A stretch of 55,483 bases of DNA, the filler included, from Circinaria calcarea (lineage: Eukaryota), in the NCBI GenBank assembly GCA_051942165.1. It is 3 parts of 3 records of this genome, joined end to end, with 100 filler letters (N's around TTAATTAATTAA, not from the genome) between each part and the next. Parts side by side here need not be neighbours in the genome. Positions count along the whole stretch, not along the records: positions 37,087 to 55,483 come from JAVECS010000235.1; 2 more parts are not named here. One strand, 5' to 3'. Of the stretch, positions 37,087 to 48,935 are shown one piece after another. Position numbers and translations under genes: made by a program. Every line of letters begins with the position of its first letter. Positions within the stretch are counted from its first letter, which is position 1. The notes under the pieces are model-generated. The model was not told the origin of the DNA. It searched no databases and saw nothing but the letters and a program-made list of their open reading frames with translations.

Positions 37087-37761
37087 CCCCCGGATGATCC
37101 AGATCCAGATCCAGATGGAGAAAAGGGGGTGTTTTTGGTTGGGATGGGGTGGAAAAGGGGGATGGGTTTGGTGCTACAGATTGATTGATTCATAGTTGGA
37201 CTGACTGCTCTTACCCTGTGCACATGCACCCAAAAATAAAAATGTAGGGTGGACCCGAGCACTACCAGCCTGATGATACAAAAGTAAAAATGTAATGGGA
37301 TTGGGATTGATGTATGCAATCAGGAGACCAAGGTTGTCCTCACGGCTACTTCTATCGCTATTGCTATTGCTATCACTAGTCGCTATAACCCATGCCCCCC
37401 TTCCAACTTCATCTCCATCTCCCTCTCCCAGTCTTTCCTTTTCTATCCTCAACTCTAGCGCGGTGGTTCAGATTGGGGGGTATACGCGCTGTGTATGCCA
37501 TGCTATGCTCAATCTAAAATCCCCAGCTCCAAAGCTCGTATTGATGCGTGTGTTCCCATGAGTCATACCACCCCGTGTACCATTCCTGTGCTTTGTTGTA
37601 CCTTTGCTGATTACTCGGTCGAGTAATGGTGTACGCTCCACTTAGCCCGATTCCAGTCCATACACCATGCTGGAAAAGTTCCGTACCACAAACGCCAGCG
37701 CTATGTTTGCGTCATGAAGATGAAAATAAACTAATCATGTACGGTTGGGGGGGAAGATCAG

Positions 37762-40355
37762 TCAATCGCCCCGCTTCTTCCTCATCAGCATCCTTTCCGG
37801 CCCCGAGATATCAATCTCTAAACCTAGAGCGTTCAATCTCTGCACTCCCGTCTTCGGTGATTTGACCACTGGCTTACCGGTCAAAACTTGTGGATGGTTG
37901 GTAGTTTGGTGGAAAAGCCGTTTATACGTGAGTTCTGCGGAACTTGGCTTGGTGGTCGGTGTCATGGCCAAAGAAGCCGCCGAGGAAAGGATACCGCGGA
38001 TAGGAGGAGTAGTCTGAATATACTTCGATTTAGGTAAGAGGGTTGGAAACGTAGAAGATGATCTGTCTGTGGCGGGGCTAGTGGGTTGGGATGCATAGGG
38101 AAATAGGTGACGGGCAGTTGGTCTCCGTGGTGAGAATACAGGGGAGGGAGGTGGATAAGGCGATTCCGTAGAGGATGGAGGATCGCTCTCGGAGTCGGAG
38201 GTTGCAACTTGCGATGTTTCGGCTTCGGAGGAGAGCATGTCGTACTGAGGGTGCGAAAGGAGTGGTGCTGCTGTGAAGGGACGATTCGGAGGGTTTTCGA
38301 GGGTGTGCGAAAAAGGCTCAATTACAAGATGTTTGACAAGGCGAAGGGATGGATGCTTGGCAGTGCCGGCATCCTGGTAACCTGCATGTGATGATCGAGT
38401 GCACATAGCACCTCTGATACATCGACCTGCTGACGCACCAGGCTCGCTGGTTTGCGACATTTTCCGCTGGCGTCTACCTTCCTGCCGCTTACCGCCTCGC
38501 ATTTTTTCTTCTGATATGGATCGTGAATGGGTTCCCCCCGACCGAAGATTCACTTGGCTAGGGCTAAAGACGACCCTGGTCCTCAGCTTCTGCACTGCAT
38601 CGTCCAACGCTAGCTCAATCGCACAATGATTCCGTATCCTACTGAGCTTGGGCCACGTAGCCCGCTCTCCACCGAGCATGGCTTGATTCATGAATTCGGG
38701 CGTGGGGTTGGAAAGCATTCGAGGGAAGTCGGCATAGGATATTTCAGGTAAAATGGTTATGTCCCCCGAATACTTCTGGCTCAGGACCGAAACGGTCTTT
38801 GTCAGGGTGTTTGGGAAGATACCCATTTCTGCCATGACCTGCATCCGGTGCAATGCTTCTCCTTTGGCAAGTTCCGTAATACCGCGAAGCCAACTGGGAC
38901 CTGAAGCAAGTGTCAACGTTGACTGGTGAGCTTCTTGAGCGATGGAATCTTCCTCTTTGACGAGGAAAGGTACAACGTGAGGGTTGACTTGAGATACGAT
39001 AAAGTGATTGACGTTGAACATCTCGGCCAGCCGGGTCATCGGTAGGTCGTTATCTACCGAACCGTCGATCCACCTTTGAGGGGAAGGATTCCAAGGGACT
39101 GCCTCGCCAGTCTTCAGATCCTTCGCTAGCAATGACGCTGCGGAGAAGATGAAAGGGACAGAGCACGACGCAGCACTGTATTGTATCAGACTCATCTCTC
39201 CTTACGGAAATTGGCCGGAGACTTACACAGCAGACCAGATTAGAACGTTGGGGGCTGTAACATAGTTTAGCAGTCTTGGCAACTCATATAGGCTGGCGCT
39301 CGAGACACAGATATTAAGGATTCTCCGTGTGCGATTGTAAGCTTCTTGAAAGGTCATATCTCCCAGCATGTTTTGCATCACCCTGATAAGGTGTGAAATG
39401 TCGAAAAGGGCTCCAAACTTGAGAAATCGTGCAACCTTTTTCAGGACACTATCTTCGTTACCTTCTTCTTCAAAAACTGCGAGGTCACCATGGCAAAAGT
39501 CCTCGAGTAGGTCAGGCACCTCTTCATCCGTTCGGGTGCACAGTACAGCACACACAATACTGCCTGCCGACGCACCAGAAATGATCCGAGGTAGCAGACG
39601 GGCTTCCCACAAGGCTTTTATAACACCGATATGGTTTAATCCTAGCGTCGCTCCTCCAGACAGCAGGAGGGCACTTCGTCCGAATGCTTGTCTCGCAGAC
39701 AAGACTTGTTCCAGTATGTGTTTTGACTCCAGCCCGTCACACTTTGCCCTCTCGGAAACGTCCAGCAGCGCATCGAGCGTCTCCAACGCCGAGGTGATGT
39801 AACGCTCTATAAGATCTTTGGTACCGATATGGGTGTGCTTGTACAGTTTCAGGTTACCCATCTCTCCCAAACCTCGAGCCAGCGCCGTCCGGACAAGGAA
39901 GAGCATCCGCCCAACGTCGCAGCTGATCCTTGCTTCGTCGAGCTGTCTGAGTCTGGTTTGTACCAGACCGGCATCGTAGTCAGGCGAGTCGAAGACAGAC
40001 TTCCATGCATTGTTGCCCTCGATCTCATCCAGCTCCGTGGCAGCAGCTTGCCAATCATTGTAATTTGTTGCCTAGAGCGACGTCAGCCAGCCCAATCCAG
40101 AGTCAGCCGGAGGGGTGACGGGAGAGTCTCTACATTTCGGAGATTCAAGTACAAGATCTGTTTCCTGTCGTGCACCCGTTGCTTCCAAGCACGTTCCTCC
40201 TTGGTCAATCCGTCGCACCAGCCTTCGACAGCTTCGATGGGGTTTCGTACCAGATGGACCAGCGACGCTATCGAACCCTGCGATCGGAGTTGCCGGCCTC
40301 CGCCCTTACCGTGACCGGTGTTAGAGAGCAAGGTCGAATTCTGAATGAAGTACAT
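37762..40355 (-). CDS. Patatin-like phospholipase / triacylglycerol lipase (Tgl4/Tgl5-like)
   Basis: Exons 40355-40134, 40071-39227, 39175-37762. ARQAFGRSALLLSGGA, nucleophile GASAG, IDGSVDNDLP, NHFIVSQVNPH, LSQKYSGDITILP. Start codon uncertain. Confidence 0.92.
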
Positions 40356-41110
40356 TTCCACCTCCTTGAAGTGAGCGGAGCCATCAGGACATTAGGAGAG
40401 GAGATGAATTGCAGGAGGCATAAAGATGCAATAGGTTCGTGGGCGGTAGCGTCATGGAATGACCAGGATAGGACAGATCCTCACGACGTCAAGAATTCAG
40501 CTCCACCCGAGTAAGACACCGATCAGCTTCCGGAGCTTGCCCCGGCTGTAACAGGAATGGGTGCAAGTATATAATTAAAGGTGGGCAGTCACCCAGTCGA
40601 GCGGTCAGGGAGAGATAGCTTGATTATATTTGAGTTCCCCTCGTCCTGTTCTTCGTTGGCATGACGCGAGGGTATGAAAGGTTTTTTTACAGGTGGATCT
40701 ACTCCGTACATCTCCGGTGCAACATGGGAGACGGAATCGTGCATTCACTTCCACGGTCATCCGCGCAGCCCAAAGAATCTTTAACGTCCAGCTGAGCGCG
40801 CCCCCACGCGTGACTCTCAGATTCGAGCCCGGAATCCATGCATAAGTGGTGATCAGGTCCCGCATGCAGCGCTTCAAGGTTGGCGGGGATGGGGGAAAGT
40901 AGCCCGGTGGGCCGAGACGACGCAGGTGCTGGGCCTCGAGCCTCGACACGAGACGAGCTCATGCGCGCTTCTGCCATACCAACTCACCACTTTACCGTAA
41001 TCAGTATGGAAAGGAAGGCACAGACTGCTGCACAATCAACGCACCTCGCCGAGATGATTAGTGTTCATGATTAAGTAAGGTAATCTACAAAAGTGTATAC
41101 AGGGTCAAAG

Positions 41111-42470
41111 TCATCGCTCCAAGGATGGATGATATAACTCCGAGCCAGTTGCAACAATATCGGCTACCCAGCAACCAATGGTACTTCTCAACTCCGCCTC
41201 TACACCGTCCTCATGCCAAAAGTGGCCTGCACCAGCTATCTCATGAAATCGGAAGCAGGAGTCCTTTGCCTCAGCCAAATTCTCTGACCACTTTCGTAAC
41301 TTCTTGGGGGATGTGAAGAAATCCTTGTCGCCATAGACGGCTAGTGTCGGATGGTGGAGAAGGTTCTCTGCGAGATGAGATGCCTGCCGGTCGTGTCTTT
41401 GGTTGGAAAAGGGTGAACGATGATGCCGACGTGAGCTGAGCTGAGTGAACATTGTAGCGAGCATTGAAATTGGCGGTAATAATGGAGAGATGAGCAAATA
41501 GTGAGTTTCGGGCAATAAGGCCTCAGTCGACGGTAACTTCTCGACTGCCGAAACAAATGCAGAGAGCTCTTCAGAACTAGGCTTTCTCGGTCCAAGCTTC
41601 TGTCGTGAGCGGTCAACACTCCGCCGGACGAGGTTCACACTTCGTTTTGACTCTCGACTCTTACGGCGAGTGCCAGGCTCCGATTCATCTCCGCCCATAG
41701 CAATTGAGTGGGAAGTACCGCGTGTCACGTCCTCAACCGTCAAGCTACGCCCCCTTTGAGATTTTCGGTGTACTTCCGTATTCCATTGCGTGGAGAGGTT
41801 GGAAGCTCGAAGTCTAATCTCGGCTTCGGCGGTACCCTGACGAATGTCGATGAAACGTGAAAGTATAGCATCGACAGAAGGCAAATTCATGGCAATGAGC
41901 GAGCCATAGGAATAGCCGCCTAGGACAAGAACTATTCTCGAGCTAACGGCGTTCGGGGGATCGGTGGGTGTAGTAAGGGCTGACTGTATAGGCAGCAAGG
42001 GACTCTCTGTGAATGACGGCGTTTGCGTATACCCATTGGAACTGGTGGAACCGGATGGCTGAAGGCCGTTTAGATAATAGATAAAGAATCCGACAAAGGA
42101 AGAGTAGTCGGCCAATTCAGGCTTGGCAGTCCAGCTAGTCCTGCCTTTCGACGAGCCAGAGCCGCTGAATAGGTGTCAGTTGGCATGGACCCGGAAAAGA
42201 AGTGAATAGGGCCCCACACCGAAAGTTGAAAGTCCCAACAACGAAACCGCCCTTCAGCATCTCTGTGGCAACAACTTGTACCACTGGATCATCATAACAT
42301 CCGCCCAGAGGCCCGTACGGATGCGCCAATATGGCACCCTTCCTCCGCCATATCCGGTGCCTGGCGACACCAGAGGGGCTGGACTTGGTCGGATGATAAA
42401 CACGGCAGTCCAAGGGAACATCGTCGTGGACAGAGGGGATCGTAAAGCTGAATGCAGGCGCTGGCAGCAT
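41111..42470 (-). CDS. Alpha/beta-hydrolase fold protein
   Basis: Exons 42470-42220 and 42164-41111. AHPYGPLGGCYDDPVV, TFNFRGSGSSKGRTSW, nucleophile elbow GYSYG, YGDKD, AGHFW. Confidence 0.88.
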
Positions 42471-43001
42471 GATGCGGGGTACCCCGCCGTGCTTTCAGTG
42501 GTCATAACAGAAGGCCTATGCAATCTAGAACTGGCGGTACATGATTAAGACCAGTGAAAGACTCTGGCATCGTGGTTGGTGAATATGCTCAAAGATTTTA
42601 TTGCGCTTCTAAACCTCATGGCGGGGTTGATAAAACACGCGTCGATCTGGACACAACCAGCCACGTGCACGCTTGGAGGTTATTCTTAGCTTGCGCGGGA
42701 AGGAGAAAGGTTCTGCCAGCCTCCCACTTGTCCACAATTCCATCCCACTTAATAGTGTAAACAAATGTACATTATCAGAAAACTAAATCACACACCCTCA
42801 AAAATACATCAGTGAGAACTAGGTAATGTAAGGCTACCGTCATAGTATATATATCATATTGGTAGATGTACGTCCTTTATCTTCGACCTGGCTACCAGAA
42901 CGCTCGCTTTGCTCAACGATAAAAGGATGGGAGGCCAGCAGAGGACCCTTCAACAATGACATCTCATCCTTTTGTGGCTTGGAAATCCCCTGTCGACGTT
43001 C

Positions 43002-43037
43002 TTCGACTGGCTATTCGACTGGCTGTTCGACCGGCAT
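43002..43037 (+). repeat. Imperfect 12-bp tandem repeat x3 (TTCGACTGGCTA)
   Basis: TTCGACTGGCTA TTCGACTGGCTG TTCGACCGGCAT. Confidence 0.75.
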
Positions 43038-43224
43038 TGACAGTAGCCACTAAATCATGAGCATCCGGCGCGTTCCCTTATGCGTATAAGCCAAAGCTGC
43101 ATGTTTTGAAAAGCAGCACACATGCACTAACACAATCACACGAGTTAAGTCGAGCAATAATGGCACATCTGTCGTACCGTAGGGGTCAGCCCTTTAGAGA
43201 CAGAATATATACACCCAGGTTGGA

Positions 43225-45188
43225 TTATTCCATAATTTCCTTGAGCTGATGCGTTAGTTGAGATACTATTGGTAGGACCCTTAGTACGCACTCTTGCAAA
43301 TTTACTCCGTGCTCGAATTTTTGGACCATAGAAGACCAGTACCCATGGTACTATAGTAAGAATTGCACCCTTTTAAAAGTCAGCTGGTCAAGTATCGCGT
43401 TGTTAGAAGACTACTTACAATAGCCCCAAGAAAGCTCGATGCTCCAGCGAACGTCAACCGATGGAACATGGCGCCTGTTATCAGAGGAAAAACTCCGCCC
43501 AGCATATTTCGGCCTGGGATAAGGTCAGTCAGCATACTTGGCAAGTACGATACGTAATAAATGAAACGTACAGAAAGATTGCGCGGCAAGGGCCGAGCTG
43601 GCGTATCGATGATAGGTGTCGGCCAAGTAATTGAAAACGGCAAGGTAAATAGAAAAGATGCCCATCGTTGCGCAACCTATGCCAAGCGTAGGGACAATCC
43701 AGTGGATATGCGAGAATTGTGTCCAGCCAAACCAGAATAGTCCGATAGGTAACAGTCCACTTTGAACGCAGCTGAAGTAAAGCCGTCTCTCGGGGGTGTA
43801 GTCTTCCGGATCGCTAGCAAATTTGCCATAATGCTTGGCCACCTTTTCCTGATAGATGCTTAACACTGTAGAAAGGATAGCTCCAACAGCAATAGCTAAC
43901 TGATTATTAGTCCGTTCTGGAGGATATTCAGGGTTGGAAATACCTGAAAATACAGCTCCGTTCTGTTGAATGCTAAAACCATGGTTCGCCGTAAACACAA
44001 GGGGTATTGAGCTAAATGTAAGATATAGAACCGCCCAGCTAAAGGCTACCCAGAGTGAGAAAAAAAAGACCACAGGTTCCGTCGCAAGAAGATCTAATAA
44101 ACCGTTAGCGGCGGAAGTCTCCATGCCTGATGGACAGACTCACGGAAAGGCCTGTATAGTGATATACCGATCATCTTCGCAAGGGTTTCTCTCTCCTCAT
44201 CGGACTTCACCTTCCATCTTATTCTCTCATTGCGTGGCTTAACACCAACACCCGTAGGAGGGCATTCAAGTCCGGCATACCCTGCCTTTTCTCGGGCCTC
44301 GTACCATTGATTGAGGATCTGAGCTTTTCTGCTAAGCAAAACACTACCTCTGGTTTCTTTGAAGAATACGACCACAGCAAGGATCACGAGACCGCAACTG
44401 ATGATTTGAACATAGAACACCCACCGCCATGAAACATTTTGGGCAATGAAACCCGAAACCAACGGGCCGAGGCCGGTACCAAATAAGGCGGCGCCAGCAA
44501 AGAGGGCCATTGGCGTATTCCGGTCTTCTGTGTGATAAATATCACTCAATACACCACCCACCATTGTTGAGAAAGTCGAGCCGCCAACCCCGGCAAAAAA
44601 CCTGGCGACCAGCAGTCCTGGGAAGGAGCGAGTGACTGCGCAACACAATTGGCAAACGACGAATAGGATGCCGGTGACCACAAAGACTGGTTTGCGGCCG
44701 TTGATCTCCGAGAAGGGTGCGAGAACCATTGGGGCTATCGCAAAGCCCGTGGTGAAGGTGGTGATACCAACAAATATTGCGATTTGGCTCACGCCGAATT
44801 CCCTCGACATTTCAATGGAGCCGGCGCTGTAAGCGCCTGCCGTATAGGCCGTGACGACAGTTGCCACACATGAAAGCCACGTCGTCAAGTTCTTCCGTGA
44901 CTCGGACCATGTAAATGGCGAAATGTAGTTTGCAAGATCTGGTGGTTCAGGCGCAGGGCCACCCTTTTCATCTTTCGAACATAGATGCGTTGGATGTGGA
45001 AGTTCGGTATCGAAGGTCAGATATTGATATGTAATGGGGAAATCTGCCTGTGCCTCGTCTTCCTTCTGCCTTTCCTTTGGTGCAGAAGCATCGTCTTTCC
45101 AGAGATCGGATGAGATATTTTCCTTTTCTGTTTTTGCAATATCAAGAGTAGATGACGTAGGGGGGAGGTCAATCTCGGGATTAGCCAT
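43225..45188 (-). CDS. MFS drug:H+ antiporter-like transporter (DHA1 family)
   Basis: About 6 exons. APFSEINGRKPV, RFFAGVGGS, GGVLSDIYHTEDR, FKETRGSVLL, PERRL, NYLADTYHRYASSALAAQSFCRN, GPKIRARSKFA; stop at 43225-43227. Confidence 0.92.
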
Positions 45189-45699
45189 GAGGGAGAGGAA
45201 TGAGATAAATTTTGATTGAAACTGCGGTATACCAAAGTTGTTCGTAGAGCTTTTTTGGTAGGAGAATTAGGCCAAGGAGGTTTTTGGAAGAGCAGAAACA
45301 TGCTGCAGAGGATGATCTCCATATCCAGGTAATCCCAAGCTGACTGATAGTGTATGATCAGTGATCAGTAGGGTGTGGGAAAATTGGGTCCCATCCCCCG
45401 TCGATCTTCAGAGTGCCCGGCGGCTTCCGGCGGCTTCTCGGTTGAATTCGATGCGCCACCACGGCCACATACTTCGATCCAACAGTATCAGCTTTTCCAA
45501 AACTCAAAGTAATGACAGAAGCAGAAGGGGAGCCAAACAAAAGGTCTTGCCTAAATATATGCTGTGGTATTCGGAAACCTAGCCGGGGGGTGATTTCATC
45601 CTATAGAATAGCGCTGGAAAAGTTCACCCAAGAGGGCATTCGGTTATCTAGGATTAAGGCTCCCAGAAACCATACAGGAGCGTTGCAAAAGTAATCACG

Positions 45700-47400
45700 A
45701 TGCCAGGCCTGATGCCAGTGCCACCCGTTCTTTCAACTCCGGACACGCATATATTTGAGCAGTCTACAACATCTACTCCTGCCTTGTCGGAGAAGCACTC
45801 AGATGAAGAGATCTACGGCATATACGAGGTCGAAAGAACGGTGTCGGAGATTAGGCATGGCAAATGGTCTAAGATTGCATTGCAGTTTCCAGACGAGATG
45901 CTCCCGGATGCCCCCAGGGTTTTCGAGGCACTGCGGAACGGTCTGAAAAGGTGCACAGGAGGTCAGGACGGCTCGTACCCTGATGGCTCGACCGAGTCTG
46001 CCTTGACTGCCCATACTATTCAGTCTGGAGAGATGCCAGAAGAACGACTCTACATCCTAGCAGATACATCCTATGGCGCTTGCTGTGTGGATGAGATCGC
46101 TGCAGAACATGTAGACGCGGATGTTGTGGTACACTATGGAAGGTCATGCTTGTCACCAACTGCGCGGTTACCAGTTATTCATGTATTTACCCAGCGTGCT
46201 CTTGATGTCGAGGCTGTCGTAAGGGCTTTTGAGGACACTTTCCTGACGAAAGAGGAAAAGATCATACTCATGGCCGACGTGACTTACACCAGTCATCTTC
46301 CTAGATTGAATGAACTCATTAAGGAAAGAGGATATGCTAACATACATGTCACATCGATCCTACATGATCCATCTTCGCCGCTGCCTAATCGTACAGTTCC
46401 CGAACAAGTCCAAAGGGACTTTTCTTTAATGAAGACATGGCATTTGTGGCATATTTCTGAGCCACCACAATCCCTATTGCTTACTTTATCATCTCGGCTT
46501 GCTGCAATCTACATCTATCCAACATCTAGTGATGATAACCCAGAACGCTCTCAACCGTTACTGGCAGCGACAGCGTTGTCCCTGCGTCGCCGATATGCTC
46601 TCCTAACCTCTCTTAGTACTGTTTCTATCTTTGGGATTCTTATCAATACCTTGAGCGTCAAAAACTATCTTCATGTCGTTGAGCATGTCAAGAGTAAAAT
46701 TCGGGAAGCAGGGAAGAAATATTACACGTTTGTTGTTGGCAAGGTAAATGCTGCCAAGATTGCCAATTTCGGTGAAGTTGGTGGATGGGTAGTTATTGGG
46801 TGTTGGGAAAGCTCGCTCGTAGAGAGCAAGGATTTCTGGAAACCTATCATCACACCCTTCGAGTTAGAGCTCGCTTTGAAAACAGATAGAGAGAGGATCT
46901 GGACAGGCGAGTGGCGGAGTGATTTCCAAGGAGTACTATGTGGGTCAAGCCCCGAAACTTACAGTTCAAAAAGCTGGCATATGGTCTCCGAAAAAGAGGA
47001 TAACGTGGCCGAAGACTTTGGTGGAGGCGATCTGGACTCAGAGCTCGAGTCTGCACCACCGGATTTCGATCTTCGTACTGGTCGTTATGTATCGCATACC
47101 CGGCCTATGCGGACGAATCCAGCTCCATCTGCAGATTCGGACTCCAACAGTACCAGCAAGAGCTCTAAATCGGCTGATAACCTGTTGATCAGACGGACTA
47201 AAGGAGACCTTGCAATTATGGGCGGCGAAGTATCTCCAGGCGCCGAGTATCTCCGCTCCAAAAGAACTTGGAAGGGCCTGGGCAGTGATTTCGAAATTGC
47301 ATATGATGAGTCGGGAAACGAAGCAGGCACGGCCATCGAAGAGGGAAGAAGTGGAATTGCGAGAGGCTATACCACTGGTTCCAACATGGCCAAGCGATGA
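45700..47400 (+). CDS. DPH2: Diphthamide biosynthesis protein 2
   Basis: Intronless 566 aa. IALQFPDEML, ILADTSYGACCVDEIAAEHVDADVVVHYGRSCLSPT, VVGKVNAAKIANF, PIITPFEL, C-terminal RTWKGLGSD and EEGRSGIARGY. Confidence 0.95.
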   Translation: MPGLMPVPPVLSTPDTHIFEQSTTSTPALSEKHSDEEIYGIYEVERTVSEIRHGKWSKIALQFPDEMLPDAPRVFEALRNGLKRCTGGQDGSYPDGSTESALTAHTIQSGEMPEERLYILADTSYGACCVDEIAAEHVDADVVVHYGRSCLSPTARLPVIHVFTQRALDVEAVVRAFEDTFLTKEEKIILMADVTYTSHLPRLNELIKERGYANIHVTSILHDPSSPLPNRTVPEQVQRDFSLMKTWHLWHISEPPQSLLLTLSSRLAAIYIYPTSSDDNPERSQPLLAATALSLRRRYALLTSLSTVSIFGILINTLSVKNYLHVVEHVKSKIREAGKKYYTFVVGKVNAAKIANFGEVGGWVVIGCWESSLVESKDFWKPIITPFELELALKTDRERIWTGEWRSDFQGVLCGSSPETYSSKSWHMVSEKEDNVAEDFGGGDLDSELESAPPDFDLRTGRYVSHTRPMRTNPAPSADSDSNSTSKSSKSADNLLIRRTKGDLAIMGGEVSPGAEYLRSKRTWKGLGSDFEIAYDESGNEAGTAIEEGRSGIARGYTTGSNMAKR

Positions 47401-47682
47401 TGCCCTTTGGTCATCGTGCCCTACGCCAGCCAGACTGTTATGGGATTCTTGCCGTATTACGCTCTTGTTCGAAAGCCAGATTACGGTGGTTAAATTAGGG
47501 CAAGCGGATGGCAGCTGCGTATGGATTTGTGGAAAAAATGCAAGCAAGCGGATGGGTAGCGTGTTGATATCTTCCGGACTAGATGCGTGCATTCCAAATC
47601 CACTGTGGATTATCGCTGATCAAGTGACGGGTCTCGATAGAGAGACAGAAATATGGGGTGGAAGCTTTGCATCAGTCCGCAA

Positions 47683-48597
47683 CTATGAAACACTCTCCCA
47701 TTTAGTACCTACTAGCCGTTCATATGCCTCTCGATACTTGTTGGCTGTATTTCCGACGATCTCTTCTGGCATCTCTACATCAGGCTTGCCTTTCAAATCA
47801 TAGCTCGTCAACCAGTCCCTCAGGTATTGCTTGTCGAAGCTCTCCTGACCCTGTCCCACCTTGTACGACGAAGCGGGCCAGAAACGGGACGAATCAGGAG
47901 TCAGAACTTCGTCTACGAGAATCACCTCAGAGGTCTCGGTATCTAGGCCGAATTCAAACTTCGTATCTGCAATAATAATCCCACGCTCGAGGGCATACTC
48001 TCTCGCTTTCGTATACAAGTTTATTGCTAGATTCCGAATACAGTCTGCGTATTTTCTACCAATAATTTCCGCCGCCCGATCGGGATGAATGTTTTCGTCG
48101 TTGGAGCCAGGCTCGGCTTTGGTGCTAGGGGTGTAGAGTGGTCCTCCCGGAAATTCTTCACTTTCCCGTAACCCTGACTGGACCTTCATCCCGTGTACCG
48201 TTCCCCTGGCCTGGTACTCCTTCCATGCGGATCCGGTAATGTATCCTCTGACGATCGCTTCAATGGGGAAAATCTGGACCTTACGTACTTGCATGCTACG
48301 TCGACGAAGCTGTTCATGAAGACTGGGCGGAAGGTGCCTCGGAAGATCGAGTGAAATAAAATGGGTCCGAAGACCAGGTATTGTGCGGGATAGATAGCGG
48401 AACCAGAAGGCAGAGAGTTGTGTAAGGAGAGAGCCCTTCTCCCGCACTCCATTCTTCATGACCACGTCGTAGGCAGAAATGCGATCCGTGGCCACGAAAA
48501 GTAACGTCTCTTGGTCAATCTCAAATACATGTCGGACCTTGCCTCGTGCCAGCAGACGGAAGTTCTCCGGTAAAACTATGTCTGTTAATGCCGCCAT
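47683..48597 (-). CDS. ADE1: SAICAR synthetase (phosphoribosylaminoimidazole-succinocarboxamide synthase)
   Basis: Intronless 304 aa. RGKVR, ATDRISAYD, EAIVRGYITGSAW, TPSTKAE, ADTKFEFG, DEVLTPDSSRFW, SFDKQYLRDWL. Confidence 0.98.
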   Translation of the reverse strand: MAALTDIVLPENFRLLARGKVRHVFEIDQETLLFVATDRISAYDVVMKNGVREKGSLLTQLSAFWFRYLSRTIPGLRTHFISLDLPRHLPPSLHEQLRRRSMQVRKVQIFPIEAIVRGYITGSAWKEYQARGTVHGMKVQSGLRESEEFPGGPLYTPSTKAEPGSNDENIHPDRAAEIIGRKYADCIRNLAINLYTKAREYALERGIIIADTKFEFGLDTETSEVILVDEVLTPDSSRFWPASSYKVGQGQESFDKQYLRDWLTSYDLKGKPDVEMPEEIVGNTANKYREAYERLVGTKWESVS

Positions 48598-48935
48598 GTC
48601 GTCGCTTGGTTGACCTCAGTAATAGATTCATGGGTGGGACGAACCAATTGGGGGAAGGATAACTTTTGGTGTTGCAAACTGGTGAAGGCCGGGGATTCGC
48701 TTGGACTTTACTTAACTTGTCCTAGCGCCCAGGTACAAGGATCTGGGACATCTTCAGCCCTGCCTGCATAACGACTGTGCATCCAGCGAATGTGCTTTCT
48801 CGGACCACAGGCGCTGCGACAGAGTCCCCAGGCACTGAAAGATGTTCTTAGCCACCTTCTCTCCATACCTGCGTCTCGCTCGGTCTTGATTGTTTGCCAG
48901 TATGAGCTGACCGTCACTGTGCCGTGTGTGCTTGA

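Noticed and set aside
18984..45188. Secondary-metabolite cluster suggested by two MFS transporters, hydrolases and a transcription factor
   Set aside because: No PKS, NRPS or terpene backbone gene; the genes are interspersed with housekeeping loci and lie on different segments.
47038..47803. 184-aa and 197-aa ORFs overlapping the DPH2/ADE1 junction, and other antisense ORFs inside FKS1
   Set aside because: Shadow frames of real genes with no motifs; several start at non-ATG codons.
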